The translations under genes were made by a program, and so were the position numbers. Below are positions 10,104 to 20,955 of a stretch of 64,000 bases of DNA, piece after piece. Position 1 is the stretch's first letter. The number at the start of each line of letters is the position of its first letter. Origin of the DNA: an uncultured Planctomycetota bacterium (GTDB taxonomy: Bacteria; Planctomycetota; PLA2; JAEUHO01). The notes under the pieces are model-generated. The model was not told the origin of the DNA, made no database searches, and saw nothing but the letters and a program-made list of their open reading frames with translations. Location: the NCBI GenBank assembly GCA_963752285.1, contig CAVVXN010000005.1, positions 192,001 to 256,000 on the forward strand, in the 5' to 3' direction.

Positions 10104-11291
10104 TCAGCGACGGTGGATCGGGAGCTGGTCGAGGGGGAACTGCAGGATCAGGAGCGCCGACGCGGTCGCGTACGCGTTCGTGGTGTCCACGTTGCTCGTC
10201 CACCACGCCTCGCGCGCGTCCGAGGTGGGGGAGGGGCCCCACCGGACGACCGCTAGGAGGTCGTCACGGATCTGCCGGTACCACGACGACCACACGTCCG
10301 GCCGCCGCAGACCGATCTGGTACATCGCCTGCGTGGCGTAGTATCCGCCGTAGTAGAAGAAGTAGTGCGGCTGCCGCGCGACGCGCAGGTACATCTGCTG
10401 CATGTAGCTCACGAAGTCGTCGATCCGCATCTCCGACTTCTCGATCCGGTGCGCGTGGATGTACGCCGCGATGCTCTGGTCGTCGTACAGGCCGGCCTGG
10501 AAGAGCGTCGTCAGACCGGCCGCGCAGAGCGAAAAGCTGTCCCGGTTGAACTGCTGCGTCTGCGGCTGGTAGAGGAACGAGCCCACCTCATACTGGTTCT
10601 GGCCCGTGTTCGCGCTCTCGATCACGTACCGGAGCGCCCGGTCGATGGTGCTGCGCGGGACCTTGATGCCGACGTTTCGCGCGGCCCGGAGTGCCACCAC
10701 CTGGCACACCGTGACGCTCATGTCCGAGTCCTTCGTGAACGGCACGTAGCGCCATCCGCCCGTCTCGTTCTGGCAGCGGACGGTGAACTCGGCCGCGTAC
10801 TCGAGCGGTTTCCTCACCGACTCGGCCCGCGTGACCCCGTACACCTCGGCCAGGGCCAGCGTCGCGAAGGCGTGGCTGTACATGCGGGTGTGGTTGGCGG
10901 AGATGAAGCCCGAGGAGGTCACCTGCTTGGTGACGAAGTCCACGGCGCGGTGGAGCGTCTCGCCGTACGGCCCCCGGTCCGGCAGGTGGCCGCCCGCGAG
11001 GAAGGCGAGGATCCCGAGCGACGTGATCCCGACGTGCGGGATGTCCTCTCCGCCGTCGAACGGGCGATAGGACTCGTTGATCTTCTTTCCGGCGTTGCTG
11101 GACCACGACCCGTCCTCGGACTGTGTTCGGGCGAGGAAGCGGAGTCCCGCGTCGATCGCCTCCTTGGTCCGGGCGTCCACGAGGCCGCCCCGTTCGAGGC
11201 CCTCGTCCGCGCGGAGGGCCGCGGGAGACAGCGCGGCGGCGACGAGGGCCAGCGCGAGGAAGGGGAACAGCCAGGGCGCGAGGCGTCGCAC
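10104..11291 (-). CDS. Exported prenyltransferase/squalene-oxidase-repeat protein
   Basis: GTG start with signal peptide; AIDAGLRFLARTQSEDGSW, MYSHAFATLALAEVYG, CQNETGGWRY, DSDMSVTVCQVVALRAARN. Confidence 0.85.
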   Translation of the reverse strand: MRRLAPWLFPFLALALVAAALSPAALRADEGLERGGLVDARTKEAIDAGLRFLARTQSEDGSWSSNAGKKINESYRPFDGGEDIPHVGITSLGILAFLAGGHLPDRGPYGETLHRAVDFVTKQVTSSGFISANHTRMYSHAFATLALAEVYGVTRAESVRKPLEYAAEFTVRCQNETGGWRYVPFTKDSDMSVTVCQVVALRAARNVGIKVPRSTIDRALRYVIESANTGQNQYEVGSFLYQPQTQQFNRDSFSLCAAGLTTLFQAGLYDDQSIAAYIHAHRIEKSEMRIDDFVSYMQQMYLRVARQPHYFFYYGGYYATQAMYQIGLRRPDVWSSWYRQIRDDLLAVVRWGPSPTSDAREAWWTSNVDTTNAYATASALLILQFPLDQLPIHRR

Positions 11292-11359
11292 GAGAGGAGC
11301 GTAATCGGGCGCCCAGGATCCGACGAACGCGCTCCCGTCCGCCGACCTCGGGGACCGGG

Positions 11360-14300
11360 TCAGTCTCGACGGGGCGCGTAGACGACCGCGCCCGAACGAC
11401 CGAACACGACGACGGTTCCGCGACCCGAGGCGAGCGTGAGGAACCCCTCCTCGGCGGAGAGGCCGAGCGGCTCGATCTCCTGGAGGATCTCGCCGGTGTC
11501 GAGCGCGATGCGTCGGAGCAGGACCCGCGCGGGACGTCCGGGTTCGGGGTTCCAGGAGACGATCGCGAGGACCACGTCCCCGCGCACCTCGACCTCCGCG
11601 CGGGAGGGACGCTGCCGCACCTCGTCGAAGGCGTGGTCCCACAGGATCTTCCCGGTGGTCCGGCTCCAGGCACCGAGGTGGTATGGCGCCTCGCGGACGA
11701 AGGGCATCAGGACGAGCGCGTCGCCCGCGACACGCGCCTCGGTGTACTCGTAGGGCCGCGCGCGGGCGCCGGCCTGTCCCACCAGGATCTTGGTCTCGTC
11801 CACGCCCTGGCCGTCCCGGCCGCGGTACGAGGCGAGGAAGCCGTCTTCCTGCAGAACGACGACGTCCTCGCCCGCCGCGGTCAGCACGCCCGCGTGGGTG
11901 TCGCTCCGGAGCGCGTGCGACCACGGCGGCGCGACGCCGTCGAGGTCCATGCCGGTCAGGCGGTACCCGCTCCGGTCGTCACGCGCCACGAAGATCGCGC
12001 GTCGGCCGACGACGACGGGGCCCTGGTCGATGTGACCGGGCGGGAGGTTCACCACGTTGCGTACGGCCCCGGTGAGCCCGTCGAACACCAGGAGCTTCGG
12101 CCACGCGCTCCGCTCGTGCCAGCGTGTCTCCCGGAGCACGAGATCGGTGCCCACCACCTCGAGGTTCCGCATGTCGCTCGGGTCGAGCACGCGTCGCCAG
12201 AGCTCTCGGCCCGTCTCCTTGTCGTACGCGAGGAGGGTCCGCATGCGGTTGGTGGTGTCCTGCAGCAGCGTGAACACCTGTCCGGCGGCCGTCTCGAGTT
12301 CGGTGATCGTGCCGTCCACCTCGACGTTCCAGCGGGGCGTGCCGTCGCCCGCGTCCACCGCCTGGAGGCCGCTCTGGAACGCGAGGAAGAGCGTGCCCTC
12401 GTCGTAGGCGGCTCTCCAGCACGGCCCCTCCTCGAGCTCGAACGCGACCGAGGCCGTCGCCAGGTCGAACGCGACGAGGCGGTCGGTGTCCCGGAGCAAC
12501 GCGACCGGGGGATCCACGCCCGGGGGCGCGTGGAGGTCCACTTGCTGGCCGAACGAGCCCTCCGCGACCGGCTCGAAGTGCGTCTGCTCGAGCGGCGCCG
12601 CGCGCGAGGCGGCCGGCGGGGTCGGCGACGCCGGCTTCGGCAGATGGGGGAGGGCCGCCTCTCTGCCCGTCCGGGTCTCTCCCCCCACGTCTACGGGGTC
12701 GTCGCCGTGCCGCGCAGCGAGCCACGTCCACGTGAAGCGCGACGCGCCCGCCATGCCGAGCGTGTCGTAGGCACCGGCCAGGAGCGCGGAACCGCGCGCC
12801 GCCCACTCGCTCTCGTCGTGCTCGGAGAGGAGCTGCAACAGAGGTGCGAGCGCGGCCTCGGGACGACCCGTGTCTGCACGCTCCTTCCCGAGCCGGTACA
12901 GCGCCTCGGGCATGACCGTGGCGTTCGGGAAGCGGCGAAGGACCTGCGTGAGCGCCTGGTCGTCGTCGCGGGCGGTCGCGAGGAGACGTCTTGCTTCCGC
13001 CTCGTACGGAGCGTACGCGTCGGCTCCGTAGGTCTGGATCACCTCCGAGATCCGGTCGCGGACGACGTGGAGGAGAGGCACGCCCCCGACCGAGAGGTCC
13101 GCGTCCGCCTCGAGCACCCGCTGGAGGGCCTCGACGGCCCGAGAGGGATGGTTCTGCTCGAGCTCGACCTTCGCCAGGGCGAGGAGCGCGGCCGGCCGCA
13201 CGGGGACCTCCTCCTCGAACCCGGGGAAGGACCCGCTGGTGTCGCCGGCCTCGTCCACGAGGCGCGAGAGGTTCTCGGCCCGCGCCGCGAGGTCGGCCCC
13301 GAGCGCACGATCGAGCGCAAGGCGCGCCCGAACGCGCTCCTCGGCCGCGCGTGCCCACGAGAGCGCGCGCGCCAGCGCGGCCCGCGCCTCCGCCGGCCGC
13401 GTCGCCATCGCCACGTCCGCCTCCGCGAGCGCCGTGCGGAAGAGCCCGTGCTCCGCGCGCCGAAGCGCGACGGCGTCCTTCGTCTTCTCCGCGAGGGTCC
13501 GCGCCTCCTGGAACGTGCGTTCGGCGCGGTCCAGGGCTCCGCCCGTCCGGTAGATGTCGCCGGCCTCGAGAAGGACGGTGGGATCGTTCGGTCGCTCCGC
13601 GCGTCGCGCGGCCACGTCCTTCGCGATCTCCTGCCAGGAGTAGAACGCCTGCACGACGTCGCGGGAGAGGACGACGAGCACCTGGGGCAGGGGGAGCACG
13701 TTGCCCGCCTCGACGCCGGACGGCCACGGGTCGAGCCCGAGGAACGCGCCCTCGCGCGCGAGGTCGAAGTGCGCGAGGCCACGCTCGGTCGGGACCAGGA
13801 CCTCTCGTCCCGCGACCGCGCCGTCCCCGATCGGGACGTCCGGCTCGCCGTAGCCCTGCTCGAGGCGGCCGAACCAGACGCGCTTGCCGTCCGCGAGCGA
13901 GAACGCCTCGAGGTCGTTCCCGGTCATCAGGGCGACGTCGCGACGACCGTCGTTCGCCGTGCCCAGGAAGTGGCCGACCACGCCCAGCATGGAGGTGCGT
14001 GGGTAGGGGTCGTGCCAGCGGAGCGCCCCCGTCTGCCGGTCGAACGCGTGCAGCCCCGTGCCGTCCGTGGGGGCCACGAGGACGAGGTCGCCGGCGACGA
14101 CCGGGGGCGAGGGTGCGACCATCGGCCACCGGAGCGGCGCCTTGAACCAGAACTGGACCGGTCGGATCTCCTCGATCTCGTAGGAGGCGACCCACACGGG
14201 ACGTCCCGTGCGGAGCGAGAGCGCGCTCAGGAACCCGAGGCCGCTCGTCGCGTACACCACCCCGTCCGCGACCGCCGGCGCGGACGACCCGAGCTCCTTC

Positions 14301-15745
14301 ACGGGCGATCCGAACAGGTTGAGCTCCTGGTTCCCGACGCCGAGCACGCTCCGCCAGACGAGGCGTCCCGTGGTCGCGTCGAGCGCGACGAGCCCGACCT
14401 CGTAGGTCGTGCCGTCGTGACGACACGTGGTCGCCACCACGAGTCCGTCCGCGACCACGCACGGGGAGGAGATGGTCGTGCCGGACAGCGCCGCGGCGTC
14501 GTCGGGGTCCCGGCCCATCCACCAGCGGACCTCGCCGGTTCGGCGGTCCAGGGCCACGACCGTTCGCCAGGGCATGTACGTCGAGATCTCGGCGAAGTGC
14601 AGGTACTCGGGACGGTACGTGTGCTCGACCTCGACCGTGGCGATCACGAGGTCGCCCGAGAGGACGGGGGCGAACGCGCGCTCGAAGCTCGTGCGACCCT
14701 GCCCCTGGACCTCCGGGGGCACGAGATGCAGCGGGAGGTTGGCGCCCCGCTGGTACTGGAAGCTCCAGAGCCGCTGGTCGGAATAGATGTCCATCGCGTA
14801 CACGGCGCGGCCGTTCGCGACGTACATGGTGCGGTCGCCGACCGCGGCGTGGAGCGGCCGGAACGTCGCCCACCACTGGTCCCACTGCGAGTCGTCGTTG
14901 GGGACCCAGGCGTCCGTCTGGTCGTGGTCGAGTCGTGACGGCGGGAACGAGACGCGGGTGCTCCATCGGAGCGTCTCCGGTCGAGGTCCCGCGGTGGGCG
15001 CAGCCCGGTCGCGGTCGGCCGCACCCCGCCACATCGGCCAGCGGTCGGCGGCGGGCTCGGGGTGGGCCTCCGCGAGCCAGGCCGCGATGCGCTTCGAGAG
15101 CGCGTCGTCACCCTGCATCTCGTTCCGGGTCCTCTCGAGCGCTTTGGTCTCGCCCGCGAGGCCCAACGCGTCCACCAGCCGGGACAGGAGGACGGGGTCC
15201 TTCGGCCAGGCGCGGAGGCCCTGACGCGCCCACCACACCGCGTCGCGAAGACGGCCGGACTCGATGTCCGTGCTCGCGAGGAGACGCGCCGCCTCGCGGC
15301 CCGCCGTGCTCGCTCCGTAGCGCTCGACCACCTCGACCAGGAAGTCGCGCCGGCGACGCGCGACGGCGCGCGCGAGCATCGGGTCGGCCGATGGGGCCGT
15401 GAAACGCTCGTACGCCTCGCGCTGGTCGGGCGCGATCTTGAACAGGCGGTCGCGCACCTCCTCCGCCGCGAGGCGCCACCGGCTCGTGACCGGCGACCCC
15501 TCGACCAGGTAGAGGTCCTCCGGCATCTCGTCGAGGAGTTGCTGCGCGGCCCGCGCCGCCGCGTCCATGCGGCCGGCGGCGAGGAGCCGGTCCACCTCCC
15601 CGACGGCGAGCCGGGCGGCGTGTCGGTCACGCAGCTTGAAGGGCTGCGTGCGCCAGACGTCCTCCTCCTCGTCCCCGCGCCCGCGCCCCGCGAGTCCCAG
15701 GAGCAGCGCGAACAGGGCGACGCCCGCGAGAACGCTCGATCGCAT
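11360..15745 (-). CDS. Exported PQQ-like beta-propeller repeat protein with TPR-like segments
   Basis: Signal peptide; WPMWRGAADR; repeated ALDxxTGxxxW blades; helical repeat segment between propellers. Confidence 0.85.
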   Translation of the reverse strand: MRSSVLAGVALFALLLGLAGRGRGDEEEDVWRTQPFKLRDRHAARLAVGEVDRLLAAGRMDAAARAAQQLLDEMPEDLYLVEGSPVTSRWRLAAEEVRDRLFKIAPDQREAYERFTAPSADPMLARAVARRRRDFLVEVVERYGASTAGREAARLLASTDIESGRLRDAVWWARQGLRAWPKDPVLLSRLVDALGLAGETKALERTRNEMQGDDALSKRIAAWLAEAHPEPAADRWPMWRGAADRDRAAPTAGPRPETLRWSTRVSFPPSRLDHDQTDAWVPNDDSQWDQWWATFRPLHAAVGDRTMYVANGRAVYAMDIYSDQRLWSFQYQRGANLPLHLVPPEVQGQGRTSFERAFAPVLSGDLVIATVEVEHTYRPEYLHFAEISTYMPWRTVVALDRRTGEVRWWMGRDPDDAAALSGTTISSPCVVADGLVVATTCRHDGTTYEVGLVALDATTGRLVWRSVLGVGNQELNLFGSPVKELGSSAPAVADGVVYATSGLGFLSALSLRTGRPVWVASYEIEEIRPVQFWFKAPLRWPMVAPSPPVVAGDLVLVAPTDGTGLHAFDRQTGALRWHDPYPRTSMLGVVGHFLGTANDGRRDVALMTGNDLEAFSLADGKRVWFGRLEQGYGEPDVPIGDGAVAGREVLVPTERGLAHFDLAREGAFLGLDPWPSGVEAGNVLPLPQVLVVLSRDVVQAFYSWQEIAKDVAARRAERPNDPTVLLEAGDIYRTGGALDRAERTFQEARTLAEKTKDAVALRRAEHGLFRTALAEADVAMATRPAEARAALARALSWARAAEERVRARLALDRALGADLAARAENLSRLVDEAGDTSGSFPGFEEEVPVRPAALLALAKVELEQNHPSRAVEALQRVLEADADLSVGGVPLLHVVRDRISEVIQTYGADAYAPYEAEARRLLATARDDDQALTQVLRRFPNATVMPEALYRLGKERADTGRPEAALAPLLQLLSEHDESEWAARGSALLAGAYDTLGMAGASRFTWTWLAARHGDDPVDVGGETRTGREAALPHLPKPASPTPPAASRAAPLEQTHFEPVAEGSFGQQVDLHAPPGVDPPVALLRDTDRLVAFDLATASVAFELEEGPCWRAAYDEGTLFLAFQSGLQAVDAGDGTPRWNVEVDGTITELETAAGQVFTLLQDTTNRMRTLLAYDKETGRELWRRVLDPSDMRNLEVVGTDLVLRETRWHERSAWPKLLVFDGLTGAVRNVVNLPPGHIDQGPVVVGRRAIFVARDDRSGYRLTGMDLDGVAPPWSHALRSDTHAGVLTAAGEDVVVLQEDGFLASYRGRDGQGVDETKILVGQAGARARPYEYTEARVAGDALVLMPFVREAPYHLGAWSRTTGKILWDHAFDEVRQRPSRAEVEVRGDVVLAIVSWNPEPGRPARVLLRRIALDTGEILQEIEPLGLSAEEGFLTLASGRGTVVVFGRSGAVVYAPRRD

Positions 15746-15822
15746 GGCGGCCAGGGTACCCCGGGGCGCGGCCGGCCCGGCGCGGCGCGTGGCGCGTGGC
15801 ACAGCGCCCGCGCCGGGTTCTC

Positions 15823-18534
15823 TCAGATCATCTGGCCGCGCTTCCTGAGCGCCCATTCGACGCCCAGGAGGCCGATCAGGAGGAGGAGGACCCACGCCTT
15901 GTCCCACTGGGGCCGCTCCGCGCGGTCGATGACGCGCCGCGCCGTGAGGGACGGGAGCTCGTCGGCGACGCGGGGCAGCTCGTCGATCCGGGCGGGCCGG
16001 CCCTCGACGAGACGTCCGCCCGTCTCGCGCGCGATGCGCCCGAGGAGCAGGTGGTCGGGGATCGTGAGCCGCTTCTCGGGCACCTCGTACTCGGCCTCGA
16101 ACCGGCGCTCCGCCCGGCTCTGCGTTCCGCCGTCGGTGCCGCGCGCCGTGTCGGCGATCCAGATGCGCCACGTCCCCTCGCGACGGATGGGCAGGTGCAT
16201 GCGGAACGTCCCGGGCGCCGCGCCCTCGGGCGACGCGTTCCGGGGACGCTGGTCCCCCTCGAGCACCAGGTCCTGCCGTCGCGGGTCCTCCACGTGCACC
16301 CCGTCGAGGAACGCGTCAGCCACGGGCTCGTAGTCCCGGTCGAGCGCGGTGATCGTCACCGTGGCCGTGTCGCCCACGAAGTACGTGTCCTTGTCGGTGG
16401 TGATCTTGAAGCGCACGTTGCCGCCCAGCAGTCGGTACGTGGCGAGGTAGCGGATCACCTGGTCCCAGAAGGGGCCGTAGTAGCGGTCGCCGTTCCCGTA
16501 CCGGAGTCGCCAGATGCCGTCGATGGCCGAGAAGAACACGCGGCCCTTCCCGTACGGCATCGTCGCGAAGACGACCAGCGGCCGGCCGTTCTCGTCGAGG
16601 AGCTCCTGGTCGTCGGGGCCCGTCGGCTTCGCGAGCGCGAGGGCCGTGGCGCCCGGCCGGAGCCCGCCGAGCGCGCGGTACAGCCACCACCACTCCCACT
16701 CGCTGCTGTAGGAGCGATCTCCCAGCCACGCCCGCTCGACCTCGTCGGCGGTGGCGATGCCGCCCTTCGGCCCCGGGACGATCCCGAAGATGGGGTGGTT
16801 CCTGCCGATCTGCGTCAGCTCCAGGCGGAACGGCTGCTCGCGGGGACGGTCGTTCGACGCGTGCGCGTCGCGGTCCCGCGGGATGACCGGGAGCAGGTCC
16901 TCGATCGGGAGGCCCCGGTACTCCAGCGGGTCGTGCATGTCCTGGCCGGCGATCAAGCCGAGGCCGCCGCCCTCCCGGACGAAGTCGCGCAGGAGCACCA
17001 GGATGTCGTGCCGGTCGCTCGCCGAGTCCGCGAGCCTGAGGTCCCCGAAGTCCACGTCGCCGAGGAGGATCACGTCGTAGCCGAAGAGCTCGCGGCGCGT
17101 GCGGGGGAACGCGCGCAACGGACGCAGGCCGGGGCTCGCCGCCTGGTCCACCGTGGGGTCGGCGCTCTGCTGGAAGAGCTGGGCTTCGTAGCGCCGCCGC
17201 ACGTCGCCTCCGAGGGACGCGTCGTCCGGCTCGCGCGTCAGCCAGTTGCCGAGGAACTGGAAGTCCCGCCGGGGGAGGTTGTCCACCAGAAGAACCTTGA
17301 TGCGCTGGTCCATCACGCGGATCTCGTGCTCGGCGACGTCGTCGGTCGAGATCGCGTCCTCGGCGGCGGCCTTCGGAGGAAGGACCGCCCGGATCCGAAC
17401 GCGGAACGTGCCGGGCTGGCTCATCCGCACCTGGAGCCGCACCGGTGTGGACCCGTCCTCGGCCGGCAGCGGGTCGAACGGTCCGGCCTCGGTGACCTGG
17501 TCGCGGCCGGGGTCGTAGGGCGTCGGCGGGATCGGCCGGCCGTCCGCCTCGGCGACCTTGTCGATCGAGATGCGCGCGCGTACGCCGGCGAGGCCCGTGA
17601 ACCCGCGCTGGTGGATCGCGGTCTCGTACACGACGTCGTCACCCACCAGGACCACGTCGAGCGCGCGGATGCGCTCCATCCGCACGTTCTTGCCCGAGGC
17701 CGCGTTGCCGAGCGCGATGGGCGTCACGTGAAGATCGGACCGCGCGGCGCCGAGCGACGACAGCACCTCCATCGGGCTCTCGTCGGTGCCGGTGTCGCGC
17801 CCGTCCGTGAGGAGGAGCACGCCCGCGAGCCGGCGGTCCTCGCGCCCGAGGTACTCGCCCGCCACGTTCCGCAGCAGGGTCCCCAGGTTCGTGCCGCCCT
17901 GGCCGTGGCCTCCGGACTCGAGCGAGCGGACGGCGCGGCCGATCTCCGCGACGGGATCGGCCTCCGGCGCGCCGGGTGCGCGGCTCTGCGCGCCCCGGTC
18001 GTCTTTCGTCGAGCCGAGGCTCCACCAGTCGGACGCGAAGCCGAACACGTGGAGCACGAACCGCCGGTCGAGCTCGCGAAGGAGCTGTTCGCCCTCCGGG
18101 GCCAGGATCCGCCGGACCAGGTCGAGACGCGTGCCCGCGTTCCCGTCCGTCGGCGCGGCGGGGTCGTTGCCCCACGCCGCGGCGCGCAGGCGCTCGGCCT
18201 CGTCGGGAGGGTACCGGTCCTGCGTGTCCATGCTGCCGCTCGCGTCCACGAGCACGACCAGGTGCGCGCGCTCCTCCGCGACCTTCACCTCCTCGCGGTA
18301 CGGGCCGGCGAGCGCGAGAAGGACGAGCAGCAACACCACGGTGCGGACGCCTGCGAGGAGCAGGCGCATCGGGAGACCGGCGCCCCCGCGCTCGGCACGG
18401 TACAGGGCGCGCAGCCCGAAGAAGATCGCGATCGCCGCGAGGGTGAGCAACCACGCCGGCGGGAGGCCCAGCCACCGCCATCCGCCGACCTCCGTAGACG
18501 CTTCGGCGAGCAGAGGGAGGAGCACGCCCATCAC
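15823..18534 (-). CDS. Membrane-anchored vWA-domain protein with glutamine-amidotransferase-like domain
   Basis: MIDAS LVDASGSM, LLTDGRD; YDVILLGDV...FVREGGGLGLIAG; GKGRVFF...WRLRY; C-terminal TM + EWALRK. Confidence 0.85.
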   Translation of the reverse strand: MMGVLLPLLAEASTEVGGWRWLGLPPAWLLTLAAIAIFFGLRALYRAERGGAGLPMRLLLAGVRTVVLLLVLLALAGPYREEVKVAEERAHLVVLVDASGSMDTQDRYPPDEAERLRAAAWGNDPAAPTDGNAGTRLDLVRRILAPEGEQLLRELDRRFVLHVFGFASDWWSLGSTKDDRGAQSRAPGAPEADPVAEIGRAVRSLESGGHGQGGTNLGTLLRNVAGEYLGREDRRLAGVLLLTDGRDTGTDESPMEVLSSLGAARSDLHVTPIALGNAASGKNVRMERIRALDVVLVGDDVVYETAIHQRGFTGLAGVRARISIDKVAEADGRPIPPTPYDPGRDQVTEAGPFDPLPAEDGSTPVRLQVRMSQPGTFRVRIRAVLPPKAAAEDAISTDDVAEHEIRVMDQRIKVLLVDNLPRRDFQFLGNWLTREPDDASLGGDVRRRYEAQLFQQSADPTVDQAASPGLRPLRAFPRTRRELFGYDVILLGDVDFGDLRLADSASDRHDILVLLRDFVREGGGLGLIAGQDMHDPLEYRGLPIEDLLPVIPRDRDAHASNDRPREQPFRLELTQIGRNHPIFGIVPGPKGGIATADEVERAWLGDRSYSSEWEWWWLYRALGGLRPGATALALAKPTGPDDQELLDENGRPLVVFATMPYGKGRVFFSAIDGIWRLRYGNGDRYYGPFWDQVIRYLATYRLLGGNVRFKITTDKDTYFVGDTATVTITALDRDYEPVADAFLDGVHVEDPRRQDLVLEGDQRPRNASPEGAAPGTFRMHLPIRREGTWRIWIADTARGTDGGTQSRAERRFEAEYEVPEKRLTIPDHLLLGRIARETGGRLVEGRPARIDELPRVADELPSLTARRVIDRAERPQWDKAWVLLLLIGLLGVEWALRKRGQMI

Positions 18535-18546
18535 CGCGGCACCATC

Positions 18547-20955
18547 CTATCCGTTCGCCGGGGACGCCGCCGTCGCGCGCTGTTCCCCCGACCGGCCGAA
18601 GAGCCACGAGAGGAGAGACTCCACGACGAGCAGTCCGAAGAGGACCCAGAGGAGGATCGACGAGATCTCGCCCTGCTCGACGCTCTGCGTGGTCGCGGTG
18701 GCCTCGCCCCACGTCGTGAGCACGCGAACGTCCGACTCCGCGGGCAGCGCGCCGAGCACGGAGGCGTCGCTCGCGCGCGCGAGCCGGCCCTCGGACGGGT
18801 CGGGGTTCACCGCGAAGTGCTCGACGACCTCGCGCACCTGGCCGCGACGACCCTCCGCCTGGTACACGAGGTTCCACACGCCGACCGTCCCCACGCGGTC
18901 CTCGACCCACGTCGGTCGGTCGAGGGGCCCGGCCGCGTCGTACCGCGTCGGCGTGGTCTCGGAGCCGCCGGCGGGCATCACGTGCACGCCCTGCGCGTCG
19001 CGCGGGAGCCACGTGACGACCATGCGACGGCCGACCTCGAGGTTCCGGCGCTCGTCGTCCGGTCGCGTGAGCTCCTTCGCGGCGCGGTCGAGGAGCACGG
19101 GGAGGAAGAAGGGAAGGGCGTTCTTCGTCCAGCGGCCCTCGCCGTCGAGGCACGTGGAAACCCAGAGCGTCTTTCCGGCGCCGAACGCGCCCTCGACCGC
19201 GAACGGGCTCCCGTCGGCGTACCGGAGTACGACGGTCTCGGGGGCGTTCGGCGCGGCGGGCCCGCCCCCGTCGGGCGAGGCACCCGGCGCCGGCTCGCGG
19301 AACGGCATCCGGCCCCACACGATCAGCGGGTACAGGCCGATCCACATCTCCGCCTTGGGGTCGGTGAACGGCGCGGCGAGCGGGTTCCCCGTGGTCTTCG
19401 CGAAGTCGAGCTGGTACCCGTCGTGCTCGTTGGCGTCCAGGACCTCGGGCGGGCCGTACGGGAGCGGCAGGAGGCGCCGGCTCGCGTCCGCCCAGAAGAG
19501 GTCGTTCAGGGCGGACGGGTCGCTGAGCCGCGCGTTGTCGCCGACGAACACGAGGAGCGCGCCGCCGCCGCGCACGAACGCCTCGAGCGCCGTCGCCGTC
19601 TCACGGCGCGGCACCTCGTTCGCGAGCACGACGAGATCCGGCGTCTCACCCCGGCCCCGGAGCGCCTCGAGCAGGTCCTCGTCGGACGGGACCGTGCGCA
19701 GGTCGTAGAGGTTGTTGCGCTCCACGCGCTGGCCCTGGTCGTTCGTCGCGTAGCGCTCGAACAGCCCGCGGAGGTACGTCTCGGCGGTCACGCGCGCGCC
19801 GCGGGACGCCTCGGTCCACGCGAGGACGCGGATGCGGTCGCGGAACCCGAGCGCGAGCGAGCGACGGCTGTCGAGCCCGAGCGCGTCCGCGCCCGCGTCG
19901 TCCGGCGGCGGCGAGATCTCGACGGTGAGCACGTGCGAGCCCGGCGTCTTCAGCTCCGAGCCGGGCAGGTCGAACACCACGGTCTCCGTACCCGGCTTCC
20001 CGGTCTCGGCGTCGAACGCGGGGAGCGAGTCCACCTTGGCCGTGGCGAGGGTCGTCGCGCTGTTGTCGAGCGCTACGCTCACGCGCGCCTGGCGCACCTC
20101 CGTCGGCCCCTGGTTCTCGACGACGGCGGCGAGCCGCAGGGGATGGCCCACGAAGGCGTCGCGGCGCATCGGCACGGTCAGGCGCGCGACCGTCAGGTTC
20201 CGGCGCTCGGGGCCGCCCACCTCGACGACGCGGATCGCCGCGGGGAGCCGGAGCAGGTTCGCGAGCTGCTGCGTCGAGGCTTCGCGCCAGTCCTTCGCCT
20301 GGAGGTCCGTGACGAGGACGACGAGCCGGTTCGTGTCCTCGTCGGTCGTCTGGCGCGCGAGGAGCGACAACGTCGCCGGCCAGTCCGCGGGCGCATGCCG
20401 GCGCGAGAGGGAGGCCACCGCCTCCTTCGCACGCGCGACGCCGTCGCGCCCCACGACGCGCGGCACGAGGACGAACGGCGCAGTACCGTCCGACGACTGC
20501 GTGCGCGGGTCGTTCGTGACGACGACCGAGATGGTGTCCTCCGGCCCCAGGCTCGAGAGGACGGCCTCGGCCTCGGACTTCGCGAGCTCCTCGAACGTCC
20601 GGCCGCTCCGCGCCGTGCCCATGCTGTACGACGAGTCCACGACCAGGTAGACGCTCTTCTTGCTGCCGATCAGGCCCGCGAGCGCGGGCTCCGTGAGCAC
20701 GGGCCGGGCGAGCGCGAGCCCCAGCACGAGGACCGCGGCGATGCGCAGCGCGAGGATCAGCCAGTTCTCGAGGCGCAGGCGTCGCTGGTGGCGACGGGCG
20801 GCCGCGAGGAGCCACTGCATCGCGGCCCACCGCTGGTGCCGCACGCGACGGCGGTTCAGGAGGTGGATCACGATCGGGACCGCGACGAGCGCCGCGCCGA
20901 GACCCAGGAGGCCCGGGTGGATGAAGAACGCCGCGGGGGCGAGGGCGGGGATCAT
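18547..20955 (-). CDS. BatA-domain / vWA protein
   Basis: BatA N-terminus (PIVIHLLNRRR..WAAMQWL...LILALR..LALARP); VVDSSYSM; VTDLQ; FAVNPDPSEG; C-terminal TM. Confidence 0.9.
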   Translation of the reverse strand: MIPALAPAAFFIHPGLLGLGAALVAVPIVIHLLNRRRVRHQRWAAMQWLLAAARRHQRRLRLENWLILALRIAAVLVLGLALARPVLTEPALAGLIGSKKSVYLVVDSSYSMGTARSGRTFEELAKSEAEAVLSSLGPEDTISVVVTNDPRTQSSDGTAPFVLVPRVVGRDGVARAKEAVASLSRRHAPADWPATLSLLARQTTDEDTNRLVVLVTDLQAKDWREASTQQLANLLRLPAAIRVVEVGGPERRNLTVARLTVPMRRDAFVGHPLRLAAVVENQGPTEVRQARVSVALDNSATTLATAKVDSLPAFDAETGKPGTETVVFDLPGSELKTPGSHVLTVEISPPPDDAGADALGLDSRRSLALGFRDRIRVLAWTEASRGARVTAETYLRGLFERYATNDQGQRVERNNLYDLRTVPSDEDLLEALRGRGETPDLVVLANEVPRRETATALEAFVRGGGALLVFVGDNARLSDPSALNDLFWADASRRLLPLPYGPPEVLDANEHDGYQLDFAKTTGNPLAAPFTDPKAEMWIGLYPLIVWGRMPFREPAPGASPDGGGPAAPNAPETVVLRYADGSPFAVEGAFGAGKTLWVSTCLDGEGRWTKNALPFFLPVLLDRAAKELTRPDDERRNLEVGRRMVVTWLPRDAQGVHVMPAGGSETTPTRYDAAGPLDRPTWVEDRVGTVGVWNLVYQAEGRRGQVREVVEHFAVNPDPSEGRLARASDASVLGALPAESDVRVLTTWGEATATTQSVEQGEISSILLWVLFGLLVVESLLSWLFGRSGEQRATAASPANG